Notes under the pieces: model-generated
What the model saw: only the letters and a program-made list of their open reading frames with translations
Databases searched by the model: none
What the model was told of the DNA's origin: nothing
Assembly: GCA_035510955.1 (NCBI GenBank)
Contig: DATKGE010000223.1
Coordinates: 4,199 to 68,198, forward strand
Direction of reading: 5' to 3'
Source of the DNA: Terracidiphilus sp.
GTDB taxonomy: Bacteria > Acidobacteriota > Terriglobia > Terriglobales > Acidobacteriaceae
DNA: 64,000 nucleotides
Shown here: one piece after another, positions 20,316 through 29,596 of the stretch
Position numbering within the stretch: position 1 is the stretch's first letter
Layout of the letters: every line of letters begins with the position of its first letter
Translations under genes and position numbers: made by a program

Positions 20316-21998
20316 TCAGCAAACGCCTGCCTGTTGCGCATTCCGTGCAGCCGCCTGAAATGCTCTGGCGGCACGCGCCAGGTCGCCCGCGGCTTCATAG
20401 TGCATGGCCATCTCCCGCGCCACATCTGCTTCGCGTCCAGAAAACATTTCCGCCAGACGCTCCGCGATGCGTATATGTCTTCCAGCGCGCCGCGCTGCTG
20501 CCTGCCTTTGGTAAAGCACTTCGCGATAGAGCCCATGCGCGAATACATAGAACGCAGACGTTGTGCCGTCGGGAAGCTCATCCTGGCCGGCGCGCACCAC
20601 AAAATGCAGCCGCCGCGCCAGCGCATCGCACGCTTCTTCTGTCTCCACCGCATCTTTCTCGAGCGCCGCGGCCACGGCCCATGCCGGAAAGGCAACACTC
20701 ATCAGGCTGGCCGCCTCCAGCAGGCGCTGCTCCTCCCCGCTTAGGCGTTCAATCTCCAGATCGATCATTCTTGACAGTTGATCGGGCACACCTCCATCCG
20801 TCTCCGGAAAGGGTTGATGCTGCTCCCAGTGAGCTGTGCCATTCACTCCCGCGCGCACCAGGACGCTCTGCGCAATCAGATGGGCCAGAATGGCAGTCAC
20901 AAACAGCGGATTCCCCTCCGAGCGCCGGTAGACAAACTCAGCCAGCCCTGCGGGCAGCGCCTCCTGCTGCAACTCATTGCGGAGCCAGGCGCAGACTGAC
21001 GTCTTCTTGAGTGGTTTGAGCTCCATCTCGGCACACAATCGCCGCATCAGCAAGTCCTGCTTCAGTCCCTTGAGCGCATCGTTCTTGGCGCCCTTCAGCG
21101 GACAGCAGGTTGCGAGCACAAGCAACTGCACCGTTGCGCGCCGGCGGGCCAGTGCCGAAATCAGGTTCAGGGTCGAATCGTCCGCCCAATGCAAATCTTC
21201 GAAGACGAGGATCAATGGCTTCTTCGCTGTCAGCTCTTCGAGAGCTCCACAAAGGTCGCCAAGCATCCGGTCCAGCGCCGCGGGGCGCGTTGAAGGCGAG
21301 TTGGCTGCGTGCGGATCACGGCCCAGAGCGAGCCAGGCCGGCGCAACTCGAGCCAGAACGCTACAAGCTGCTTCGCCATCCGGCCCTGCGCAAAGCTGGC
21401 AAAGCGCCTCGGTCACGGGGTAGTACTCTTCTTTCCCGCCAATCCCCTGCAAACATTGCCCTCGTGCCACCCGCGTCGCCAGCGAGGAGTCCAACTGCCG
21501 GCAAAAAGCGTCCACCAGCGCGGTCTTGCCAATCCCGGCTTCTCCGGTTACGAAAACCACGCGCCGCTGCCCGCTCGCCAGTTGGCGAAGCTGCGTCCCC
21601 AGGAAGGCCAGTTCTTCTTCGCGTCCCACCATCGCCGCGCCGGCGTTGTCCTGAATTGCCGTTCCAGCCGCTGCGATGTGTGCCACTCCGTTCCGCTCGG
21701 TTACCGGGGCCACAAAACGGAAGCCGCGTTTGTGCACCGTCTGAATGAATCGCGGCTGTGCGGCATCATCGCCGAGAACCTTGCGCAAGTCGAGCATATA
21801 GGTTCGGAGCACTTGCGGCTGCACATAGGTCTCCGGCCAGAGAGCATCCAGGAGTTCGTCGTGGGTAATGAGCCGCCCTGGGTTTTCCACCAGGTAACGC
21901 AGCACCGCGAAGGGCTTGGGGGGCAGGTCGATGGGCGCGCCATGGTGCAGCAGACACTGATTGGCCGTGTCCAGCGCAAAACATTCGAACTGCTTCAT
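20316..21998 (-). CDS. OmpR/ToxR-type winged-helix + AAA (STAND-like) ATPase transcriptional regulator
   Basis: LRYLVENPGRL...ELLDALWP, LRK.LGDD...PRFIQTV..RGFRF; Walker A GEAGIGKT, Walker B FEDLHWAD; GGAGG RBS before ATG 21998. Confidence 0.9.
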   Translation of the reverse strand: MKQFECFALDTANQCLLHHGAPIDLPPKPFAVLRYLVENPGRLITHDELLDALWPETYVQPQVLRTYMLDLRKVLGDDAAQPRFIQTVHKRGFRFVAPVTERNGVAHIAAAGTAIQDNAGAAMVGREEELAFLGTQLRQLASGQRRVVFVTGEAGIGKTALVDAFCRQLDSSLATRVARGQCLQGIGGKEEYYPVTEALCQLCAGPDGEAACSVLARVAPAWLALGRDPHAANSPSTRPAALDRMLGDLCGALEELTAKKPLILVFEDLHWADDSTLNLISALARRRATVQLLVLATCCPLKGAKNDALKGLKQDLLMRRLCAEMELKPLKKTSVCAWLRNELQQEALPAGLAEFVYRRSEGNPLFVTAILAHLIAQSVLVRAGVNGTAHWEQHQPFPETDGGVPDQLSRMIDLEIERLSGEEQRLLEAASLMSVAFPAWAVAAALEKDAVETEEACDALARRLHFVVRAGQDELPDGTTSAFYVFAHGLYREVLYQRQAAARRAGRHIRIAERLAEMFSGREADVAREMAMHYEAAGDLARAARAFQAAARNAQQAGVC

Positions 21999-22381
21999 CC
22001 GACTGGACCTCCGGGGAAAAAGCCCGCACCTAGTCTTCATCAGCAATCGGGCTTCCACAGTCGCGGCCCGCGCTGCTCATGCGCATCTCGAATCGCTGGT
22101 TGAATATAGCCGAGGAAAACGGCTTAAGCGCGCTCCGCAGGCAGCGAGCCGTCGGTCATTTTCGGACAAGCCTGTTCACCCGCGAACAGGCTACCGCCAT
22201 TTGAATTGTGCTGCCCGATCGCATAGGGGGAGATACGTCACGGCACGACCCGCCGTTCCCGCCTCTGCGAGATTCAATGCGTTTGACTGTCCAACTTGAG
22301 AATCGTGCGCAGCGGACAATTTGAAAATCCGGTAAATCGATAGGAGAGGGCTGGGACAATCACGTCTTGAAGTTGAACGAT

Positions 22382-22690
22382 TTATTTTCGTCCCTGTGTG
22401 AAGTAGAAGGTGGCTGCCGCCCCGAAGAGCCCGGCGATGACAGGAACCCAGGTGCTGAAGACTCTTGTCACTTCCTCGACGGAATTGGGCCTGTTATGGG
22501 CAAGGCAGATTACCGAGACGAAATGAGCGGCAAACATCGAGAACAGCGCACCAAAGAGGAGTAGTGCCAATTGCTTCGTCGCTTTGGCGTGATATTCCTC
22601 CGTGGAAAACGTCGGACCTCCCGGTAGCTGGCGCGGGCTCTCAACTTCTTCAATCTCGTCTCGTTCGCCAGCATCCGGCGGCTCAGTCAT
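22382..22690 (-). CDS. Small 2-TM membrane protein
   Basis: Acidic N-terminus, two hydrophobic helices ending GLFGAAATFYF; ATGA overlap with the upstream RHH gene. Confidence 0.8.
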   Translation of the reverse strand: MTEPPDAGERDEIEEVESPRQLPGGPTFSTEEYHAKATKQLALLLFGALFSMFAAHFVSVICLAHNRPNSVEEVTRVFSTWVPVIAGLFGAAATFYFTQGRK

Positions 22691-22932
22691 TTTCCGTTTG
22701 CCATTGCTTTCCCGGAAGTCAGGAAGGGAAAGATCACCTCACGCTGCCGACCGTTCTTTTCAACGAGAACAGTAGCATTCTCGTCCTTGGTCTGCTCGAT
22801 TGTCCACTGGAGCAGACGCAGCGCCTGGCGGATCACCTCCGCACGATTGGTAGCACCAGTTGCACCCTTGAGCTCGTCAAGTTCACCCAGCGCTTCATCG
22901 GTAAAATCGAACTGCAATCTTGTCTTAGCCAT
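22687..22932 (-). CDS. Ribbon-helix-helix (CopG-like) DNA-binding protein
   Basis: KTRLQFDFTDEALGELDELK..TG.TNRAEVIRQALRL fits the RHH beta-alpha-alpha pattern. Confidence 0.85.
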   Translation of the reverse strand: MAKTRLQFDFTDEALGELDELKGATGATNRAEVIRQALRLLQWTIEQTKDENATVLVEKNGRQREVIFPFLTSGKAMANGK

Positions 22933-23116
22933 AAGAATCCATCTCTCCGTCCATGGCGCGTTTGCAGCGCGCCCGCATTGGGTACGGTTGCCGAAAGCTC
23001 TCAATCAGAGCGATTTGTTCGTCAATCTGCTCAAGCTCTGAGAAGGCTACGAATTCAACTTCCTCAATGGAGGTTTCCGGAAATGCTGTCGTTCTTGCGA
23101 CCTCAAAAAGCAGCAT
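22925..23116 (-). CDS. Small acidic hypothetical protein (63 aa)
   Basis: AAGGAG RBS before ATG 23116; its stop overlaps the RHH start (ATGgcTAA). Confidence 0.5.
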   Translation of the reverse strand: MLLFEVARTTAFPETSIEEVEFVAFSELEQIDEQIALIESFRQPYPMRARCKRAMDGEMDSYG

Positions 23117-23227
23117 ATTTCTCCTTCGCTTCGAGAATGCCCCCATCTCGAAACGCCATAGACTTGACTATTCATCCTGTCTCCCTCCTCATCCGATGGG
23201 CTCTTGGCGGAGTTGCATCGAATCTGG

Positions 23228-23281
23228 AGTGAGTATTACATGAGTACAAAATGAGTGCAAGATACTTTTTCAATACTCACT
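23228..23281 (-). promoter_or_regulatory. Promoter/operator array of the RHH cassette
   Basis: TGAGTR at 23230, 23241 and 23252 (11-bp period); perfect IR AGTGAGTATT (23228-37)/AATACTCACT (23272-81); minus-strand TTGCAC-N17-AATACT. Confidence 0.65.
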
Positions 23282-23354
23282 GAGCTTCTCTTCTAACCCG
23301 CCGCTCCGACAGCCTGACCCCTGCTCCCTGCCGTCTGCGTTACCCTAAGGGCTT

Positions 23355-25418
23355 ATGGGCCGCATCCGCATTCTTCCCGACCAAGTCGCCAACCAGATCG
23401 CTGCAGGCGAGGTGGTGGACAGGCCGGCCTCCGTGGTCAAGGAACTGCTGGAGAATGCTTTGGACGCCGGCGCCAACCGCATCCGCGTCGAGGTCGAGGC
23501 GGGCGGACGGAAGTTGATCCGCCTCACCGACGACGGTCACGGTATGAACCGCGACGATGCACTGCTCGCCTTCGAGCGGCACGCTACCTCGAAGCTTCGC
23601 ACCGCCGACGACTTGCTCTCCATTTCAACCCTGGGGTTTCGCGGCGAGGCGCTGCCGTCCATTGCCTCGGTGGCCCGCGTGACGCTGGAGACGGCAACAG
23701 GTGAAGACGCTACCGGAACCCGGATCGAGATTGCAGGCGGCAAGATTTTACATGTGGACGATGCGGCCCTCCCCCGCGGAACCACGCTGGCGGTTGCCGA
23801 CCTGTTCTTCAACACCCCTGCCCGGCGCAAATTTCTGCGCGCCGAGAGCACAGAGTTGGCTCACGTGACGGCGCTGGTGACCCACTACGCGCTGGCGCAT
23901 CCGGAAAAGCACTTCGAGCTGACCTCGGCTACGCACACCATCGTCTCCGCGCCGCCGGTGGCGCGCACGGCCGAGCGCATCTACCAGATTTTTGGCAAGG
24001 ACACGCTAGCCGCCCTGCTTCCAGTCGCCGCCGAAACGCCGCTCGCCCGAGGTGGTCTGCCCGAGCCCCCGCCGTGGAAGAAGGACCCAGACGAGTTGGT
24101 GCGCGACCCCGGAACGATGCGGCTGAGCGGGTTCTACTCCAAGCCAGAGCTGCAGAAGCTGAACCGGAACTCGATCTATATCTTTGTGAACAAGCGGCTT
24201 ATCCGCGACAGGCTGCTGATTCACGCGATCACCGAGGCCTATCGCAATGTGATCCCGCCCACCAGCTTCCCGGTCGTGTTGCTTTTTCTGGAGATGCCTG
24301 CCGAAGAGGTGGACGTGAACGTACACCCGGCCAAGACCGAAGTGCGTTTTCGCCAGCAAAGCCTGATTCACGACTTTGTTCGCGACAGCCTGCGGACGGC
24401 GCTGATCCAGGCGCGTCCTGCGGCCGGGTTTCTGGCCGCCCTGGACTCGGCGCCGCTGGCCAGCCCCTCGCTGATGCCGCCGGCGGGATCGCCACTGCCG
24501 GGAGCACCGGATCTCGGGCCAGGAGCTGACTCGGAGCCTGCCGCCTCCCCGACTGCAACGTCGAATGCCGAGCCTTTTCAACTGATTCCGCGGTTGCCGA
24601 CGCCCGTTCCCGGTAAACTTCCATTCGACGCAAGAGGCTTCAATCCAGGGGGTTGGGGCGAGCAGCAGGCTTGGGGCGAGGCTGCGGCGGCCCTCTTTCA
24701 ACCATCGGCGTCAACGGCTACCGACGGCTGCTCACCCGGATCATACGGTGCACCGGCAAATGGACTAAGTCCGGCAACAGCAACCGCCCAGATCGAAGCC
24801 GAGCAGGCTGCAACAACCCTGAACCACCTGGGCTCGCTTCGCCCCCTGGGTCAGTTGCGGGAGTCCTTCATCCTGGCTGCCGGGGACGATGGCCTGTGGA
24901 TCATCGATCAGCATGTTGCACACGAACGAGTGCTTTTTGAAAAAATTTTACGCAACCGTCAAGTCGAGCAAGTGCAGCGCCAGAGGTTACTTATCCCCAT
25001 GCTGGTGGAACTTAAGCCGTCTCAGATGGTGGTTTTTGCGCGCATCTCCGAAGAATTGGACCGCAACGGCTTTGAGGTGGAACCCTTTGGCCCACAAACA
25101 CTTGCGGTCAAAGCAGCGCCGGTCGGCCTGGAGGGTGCGGGTCTCGAGCGGATGCTCGGAGAGGTCATCGAGCAATCCAGCGCTGATTCCGATGAAGTAA
25201 AGCAGAATCAAGACCTTGCGGCTCTCCGGACGCGCATCGCGGCCTCCATCGCCTGCCACTCCGCCATCAAAATCAACACTGCTCTTGACCCCGCTCGAAT
25301 GGAATGGTTACTGTTGGAGCTGGCAAAGACCAGCCACCCAACTAGTTGCCCGCATGGACGTCCAATCGCTTTGCTGTATTCTTGGAAGGAGATTCAGCGG
25401 GCCTTCCATCGCATCTAA
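23355..25418 (+). CDS. mutL: DNA mismatch repair protein MutL
   Basis: IAAGEVV.RPASVVKEL.EN, GFRGEAL, DVNVHP.K.EV, endonuclease motif DQHVAHER, ACH.AIK, CPHGRP. Confidence 0.97.
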   Translation: MGRIRILPDQVANQIAAGEVVDRPASVVKELLENALDAGANRIRVEVEAGGRKLIRLTDDGHGMNRDDALLAFERHATSKLRTADDLLSISTLGFRGEALPSIASVARVTLETATGEDATGTRIEIAGGKILHVDDAALPRGTTLAVADLFFNTPARRKFLRAESTELAHVTALVTHYALAHPEKHFELTSATHTIVSAPPVARTAERIYQIFGKDTLAALLPVAAETPLARGGLPEPPPWKKDPDELVRDPGTMRLSGFYSKPELQKLNRNSIYIFVNKRLIRDRLLIHAITEAYRNVIPPTSFPVVLLFLEMPAEEVDVNVHPAKTEVRFRQQSLIHDFVRDSLRTALIQARPAAGFLAALDSAPLASPSLMPPAGSPLPGAPDLGPGADSEPAASPTATSNAEPFQLIPRLPTPVPGKLPFDARGFNPGGWGEQQAWGEAAAALFQPSASTATDGCSPGSYGAPANGLSPATATAQIEAEQAATTLNHLGSLRPLGQLRESFILAAGDDGLWIIDQHVAHERVLFEKILRNRQVEQVQRQRLLIPMLVELKPSQMVVFARISEELDRNGFEVEPFGPQTLAVKAAPVGLEGAGLERMLGEVIEQSSADSDEVKQNQDLAALRTRIAASIACHSAIKINTALDPARMEWLLLELAKTSHPTSCPHGRPIALLYSWKEIQRAFHRI

Positions 25419-25626
25419 AACACAGGTAACATTAGGAAGGTGGCAATTTCTCCGGTCTCAGGAGCGGAGCTTGCCCGGCGACATCGCAAAACCAGAGACG
25501 ATGTATCCCGGACCAAAGCAATTCAGTCGACGTGTCCATCAGGGAGCGGCGACCTTGAGTGAGGCTAAAACAGGACACAAATTCACCGGTTTTGCCGCAA
25601 TGCCAGCCTGGAAGTGAGGATTTTCT

Positions 25627-27321
25627 TTGACAGCAGAGCAATTGGAAGCATCGCGCGCCGAAAGGATGCGCCAGAACGGACACGGAGCGCTCACGCTTGA
25701 GGACGCCCGGACGTGGATTGAAGAGACTGGATTGTGTCTTTTTCTGCCCCGGCGGCAGTTTTCTTCGTCGATTGCGCCTTCGTTTGTTGAGGCCGTAGCC
25801 GGCCACCAGAACGCAACCCCCGATCCAAAGCATATTCAGCTGGCTGAAGAGCTGCTGGTGCGCCTGGAACTCGACGACGTAGCCGTGCGGCTGAACCTGC
25901 TTGGGCAGCCCGGTGAGCAGCCCGACTTCGTTGTGGCCAGCTGGGTTCTGCCCTACGTGTATGCGCTGCGGGGCGACCGCGACTGGCGCCGCAGCCCGCA
26001 ACTGACCGGCTCGCGGCAGGTTTCGCAACTCGCCGTGCAGGCCTATAAGCATCTGGAAGCCGGCGACACCACCATTGCGGACCTGAAGCATCAGCTGGGC
26101 CGTGAAGTGACCGAGACCGCTGTGCTGCGCGCCATTACCGAACTCTGGCAGCAGCTTCGCATCATCCCGGTTGTGTCTGCGCCGGGTGTGGCTGCCAAAT
26201 GGCAGCTGCTTCGCCACCGCTTCCAGAAGGCCATTGCGGAGGGTGCATCCACCTCGCAGGTGACGGCAATCTCAGTGCTTGCCTCCATTTATCTGCAGGC
26301 CGTGATCGCCGCCAGCATGGAAGAGGTGGAGCTGTTCCTGGCTCCGCTGACCGCCCGCAGCAAGGTGCGCGAAGTGCTGCGCGGCCTGGTTGCCACGCGC
26401 CAGGTGCACACCATCTCCATGGGCCACGCTCCGCACTTCTACGTGGCGGGAACCCTTCCGGAGTTTGCTGTCGCGCCGACCCTCTATGCCAGCTCGTCAA
26501 TGCCGGCATCGGCCTATTTCCTGCGCAGCAACGACCATGATCATGAACACGATCATGAAGAGGATCGGCTGGGCATCAAGGCTGCGACCCCTGATTTAAG
26601 CTCACCGGCGCCAGTTGAAGGCCACAAGCCAGCGGAGACACACGCTCCGCGAAGTTCTGCGGTTCGCAAGCCCGCTTCCAATGGCAAACCGGCAGCGGGA
26701 CGGCCGCACTTCAGTCGCCCCGCCACTCATTCGCGTGACCGCAAGCCGGCGCAATCATCTGCAGGTACCCGGCCGGCCCGCCGGCCAAGTGCGGATACCC
26801 GCGCCGGTTCCGCACGGGCCTCGTCCGCACGGGCCGCCGGATCGCGCCCAGCAAGCGGCGTACGGCCGGCTTCCGGGGCGCGCTGGAGTCCGAAAGCAGC
26901 CGCCGGCGCCAAGGCCAAGCTGAACGCTGCAAATGGATCGCGCAACGGAAAGGTTTCCAGCAACGGAGCCCACTCCAACGGCAACGGCGCACGCTCGAGT
27001 GGCAGCGCGGCTCGCCCGTCCAACCCGGCATCGGCAGGCACACCGACTGCCAAGTCTTCCTCTCCCCAGTGGGGCCAGCGCAATGGCCACAGCAACGGTC
27101 GCAGCAACGGCGCAAAGACTGCAGGCAAGGCTGGATCCAACGCACGCGGCAGCAGCCTTTCCCGCAACGGTAGCAATCCACGGAAAGACGCTCGGCCCGA
27201 CGCGCGTGCATCCCGCAATGGAAGCCGCAAGCCAGCCTTGGCCGCCGGCGCCAAGGCTGGGAACGCCAAGCGCTACGGCTTTACCGCCCGGCCCGAGCAG
27301 GAGACGAAGAAGCGCGGATGA
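25627..27321 (+). CDS. Winged-helix AlkZ/YcaQ-like domain protein with a long basic disordered C-terminal tail
   Basis: About 290-aa folded N-terminal part (A..wi...G.cl..P....PS..eA; RAI.ELW..LRI) followed by HDHEHDHE and an S/A/G/R/K/N-rich tail; family call is tentative. Confidence 0.6.
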   Translation: MTAEQLEASRAERMRQNGHGALTLEDARTWIEETGLCLFLPRRQFSSSIAPSFVEAVAGHQNATPDPKHIQLAEELLVRLELDDVAVRLNLLGQPGEQPDFVVASWVLPYVYALRGDRDWRRSPQLTGSRQVSQLAVQAYKHLEAGDTTIADLKHQLGREVTETAVLRAITELWQQLRIIPVVSAPGVAAKWQLLRHRFQKAIAEGASTSQVTAISVLASIYLQAVIAASMEEVELFLAPLTARSKVREVLRGLVATRQVHTISMGHAPHFYVAGTLPEFAVAPTLYASSSMPASAYFLRSNDHDHEHDHEEDRLGIKAATPDLSSPAPVEGHKPAETHAPRSSAVRKPASNGKPAAGRPHFSRPATHSRDRKPAQSSAGTRPARRPSADTRAGSARASSARAAGSRPASGVRPASGARWSPKAAAGAKAKLNAANGSRNGKVSSNGAHSNGNGARSSGSAARPSNPASAGTPTAKSSSPQWGQRNGHSNGRSNGAKTAGKAGSNARGSSLSRNGSNPRKDARPDARASRNGSRKPALAAGAKAGNAKRYGFTARPEQETKKRG

Positions 27322-28052
27322 GCCTGGATGAAAGCCTCTTGCGCTCTATTTCTCTTGACCGGAAGGTCATTGTCGCCATAGATGGTCCGGCCGGGGCGGG
27401 CAAAAGCACCATCGCCCGCCACCTGGCCCGGCACTTCGGCCTGCTCAACCTGGAAACCGGCGCCATGTATCGCGCCTTCGCCCTGAAGGCCCTGCGTGCA
27501 GGCGTCGCTTTGGACGAGAGCACATGCCTGGAAGAGCTGGCCGCTGAGACCACCGTTCGCCTGGAGCCTGGCGAAGAAGAGAATCGCGTCCTCCTCGACG
27601 ACGAGGATGTAACCGGTCTGATTCGCAACCAGACCGTCACCGACGCCGCTTCCCGGGTCAGTGTCTTTCCGGCAATTCGTGCCTGGATGGTCCGTCTGCA
27701 ACAGCAGCTCGGGGCCGACGGCGGTGTGGTGATGGAAGGACGCGACATTGGCACCGTGGTCTTTCCCCATGCCGACGTCAAGATCTTTCTTGATGCGGCG
27801 CCCGAGGTGCGTGGGTTGCGCCGCTTTGATCAGCTTGACCAGGCGGGCCCAAGTCCCGCGGTGCAGCCGGAAGAAGTAATCCGCGATCTGCGCGCCCGCG
27901 ATGCCCGCGACCGCAATCGCGCCGATTCGCCGCTGAAGCCTGCCCCCGACGCCAATCTGTTGGACTCCACGAATATGACGCTGGAAGAGGCTGTCCGAGC
28001 AGCTGAGGACATTGTGAGTTCCAAGCTCAACCTGCCTGTGCAGGAGACCTAG
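27318..28052 (+). CDS. cmk: Cytidylate kinase
   Basis: AIDGPAGAGKST, TGAMYRA, VMEGRDIGTVVFP, RD.RD.NR..SPL. Confidence 0.95.
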   Translation: MSLDESLLRSISLDRKVIVAIDGPAGAGKSTIARHLARHFGLLNLETGAMYRAFALKALRAGVALDESTCLEELAAETTVRLEPGEEENRVLLDDEDVTGLIRNQTVTDAASRVSVFPAIRAWMVRLQQQLGADGGVVMEGRDIGTVVFPHADVKIFLDAAPEVRGLRRFDQLDQAGPSPAVQPEEVIRDLRARDARDRNRADSPLKPAPDANLLDSTNMTLEEAVRAAEDIVSSKLNLPVQET

Positions 28053-28149
28053 AAAGGCGTGAGGCCGGACGCTCAAGCGCAATCATGGGACCGGAACCTG
28101 GCCGGAAACCTGTCCGGACAGCGTGAAAATGCTATAGCCTCGTAAATGT

Positions 28150-28827
28150 ATGGAGATTACCTGCACCCGCTGCCACCAGGCCGTTGAGGCCGACAACCTC
28201 TACTGCCCCACGTGCGGGTTGCCGCAACTGCAGTATTCGGCAGAGAACGTGCCTGGCCAGGCGCCGCCGGAGCTCTGGCTGGAACCGGTCCAGGACGCAA
28301 GCATCGTGGACTGGAAGCGGGCCATGCGTCCGGCCCTGGCGCTGGCCGTTCCGGCAGGCGTGCTCTGTTCGCTGTTCTCGCCCGTCAGCATCTTCGGTTT
28401 GCTCTGGATGACGATCGCGGCCGCCTGGGTGGTGGCTCTCTATCTGCGCAACCAGCGGCCGGCTTGGATCACCGTCGGAGCCGGGGCGCGCATCGGCCTG
28501 GTCACCGGCCTGCTCGGTGCGTGGACGGCGGCGGCGGCCTCGGGAATCAGTTTGTTCGTGATGCGCTTCTTTCTCCATCAAGGCAAGGAACTGGACCAAA
28601 CCTGGACCACCATCATCAGCGACCAGGTAGCGCGGCAGTGGTCATCGGCGGGCGTGGACACACAGACGATCAATACCTACAAAGGCTGGCTGCTCTCGTC
28701 CGAGGGACGCGCCGGCGCCATGTTGAGCGCCATTCTGTTCCTGGTGGCTATCCTGGTTTCCTTTGCCGTCGGCGGCGGCGCGCTGGGTGCGCGCCTGCAG
28801 GCACGTACGCGGCGGCCGCAAGTCTAA
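28150..28827 (+). CDS. Zinc-ribbon-containing membrane protein
   Basis: CTRC...CPTCG at the N-terminus followed by about 4 TM helices. Confidence 0.8.
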   Translation: MEITCTRCHQAVEADNLYCPTCGLPQLQYSAENVPGQAPPELWLEPVQDASIVDWKRAMRPALALAVPAGVLCSLFSPVSIFGLLWMTIAAAWVVALYLRNQRPAWITVGAGARIGLVTGLLGAWTAAAASGISLFVMRFFLHQGKELDQTWTTIISDQVARQWSSAGVDTQTINTYKGWLLSSEGRAGAMLSAILFLVAILVSFAVGGGALGARLQARTRRPQV

Positions 28828-28951
28828 ACCCTCCTTTCAACTGCACGTTCCAGCTTTTCATCGGCCCGTACATGGGCTGCGAATTCGCCCAACTTCTCCA
28901 CAACTTGCCGCGGACCGGCAGCCCCTCGTATCATCCTGCGTGAGACAACCG

Positions 28952-29521
28952 ATGAGCGAAACCGAAAATAAAGCCAGCCTGCGCGTGAAGGGCAGGCTGA
29001 TGTCCGCCTCGGAGATCGAGCGCACCTTGGTGCGCCTGGCCCACGAGATTGTCGAGAAGAGCAACGGCAGCGAAGACCTGGCGCTGGTGGGAATCAAGCG
29101 CCGCGGCATCCCGCTGGCCGAGCGGCTGGGCAAGCTGATCTCCGGCATCGAAAAGCATCCCGTGGACACCGGCATGCTCGACATTCAGTTTTACCGCGAC
29201 GACCTTTCCACTGCCGACGTTCGTCCCGTGGTCACTCCGGGAGCCATCGGCATCGCCATCGAGGGCCGCGACGTGGTGCTGTGCGACGACGTGCTTTATA
29301 CCGGCCGCACAATCAGGGCCGCTCTTGACGCGCTCTTCGACCACGGTCGTCCGCGCCGCGTGCAACTGGCCGTGCTGATTGACCGCGGTCATCGCGAGCT
29401 GCCCATCGAGGCCACTTATGTCGGCAAGCACGTGCCCACCAGCAGCCGCGAGATCATCGAAGTGAAGTTTCGCGAAGTAGACAACGACGAGCAGGTGCTG
29501 CTGGTCGAACGGGTGGACTAA
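28952..29521 (+). CDS. pyrR: Pyrimidine operon regulator / UPRTase PyrR
   Basis: R.AHEI.E, LDI.FYRDD, DDVLYTGRT.RAA, DRGHRELPI. Confidence 0.95.
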   Translation: MSETENKASLRVKGRLMSASEIERTLVRLAHEIVEKSNGSEDLALVGIKRRGIPLAERLGKLISGIEKHPVDTGMLDIQFYRDDLSTADVRPVVTPGAIGIAIEGRDVVLCDDVLYTGRTIRAALDALFDHGRPRRVQLAVLIDRGHRELPIEATYVGKHVPTSSREIIEVKFREVDNDEQVLLVERVD

Positions 29522-29529
29522 GAAAGGCA

Positions 29530-29590
29530 GCTTCCAGCCCCTAGCTTTTAGCCTTTGGCTAGTGGCTGAAAGCTAGAAGCTAGAAGCTGA
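29530..29590. repeat. Heptamer tandem repeats forming an inverted pair between pyrR and pyrB
   Basis: cttccag cccctag cttttag ... ctgaaag ctagaag ctagaag. Confidence 0.7.
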
Positions 29591-29596
29591 GAACAC

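Noticed and set aside
212-25418. Functional clustering of mutS2, pcrA and mutL as a repair island
   Set aside because: They are about 10 kb apart with unrelated genes between them, and MutS2 does not act in MutL-dependent mismatch repair
28830-28951. PyrR-binding attenuator upstream of pyrR
   Set aside because: No match to ARUCCNGNGAGGYU with correct spacing and no terminator/antiterminator pair visible
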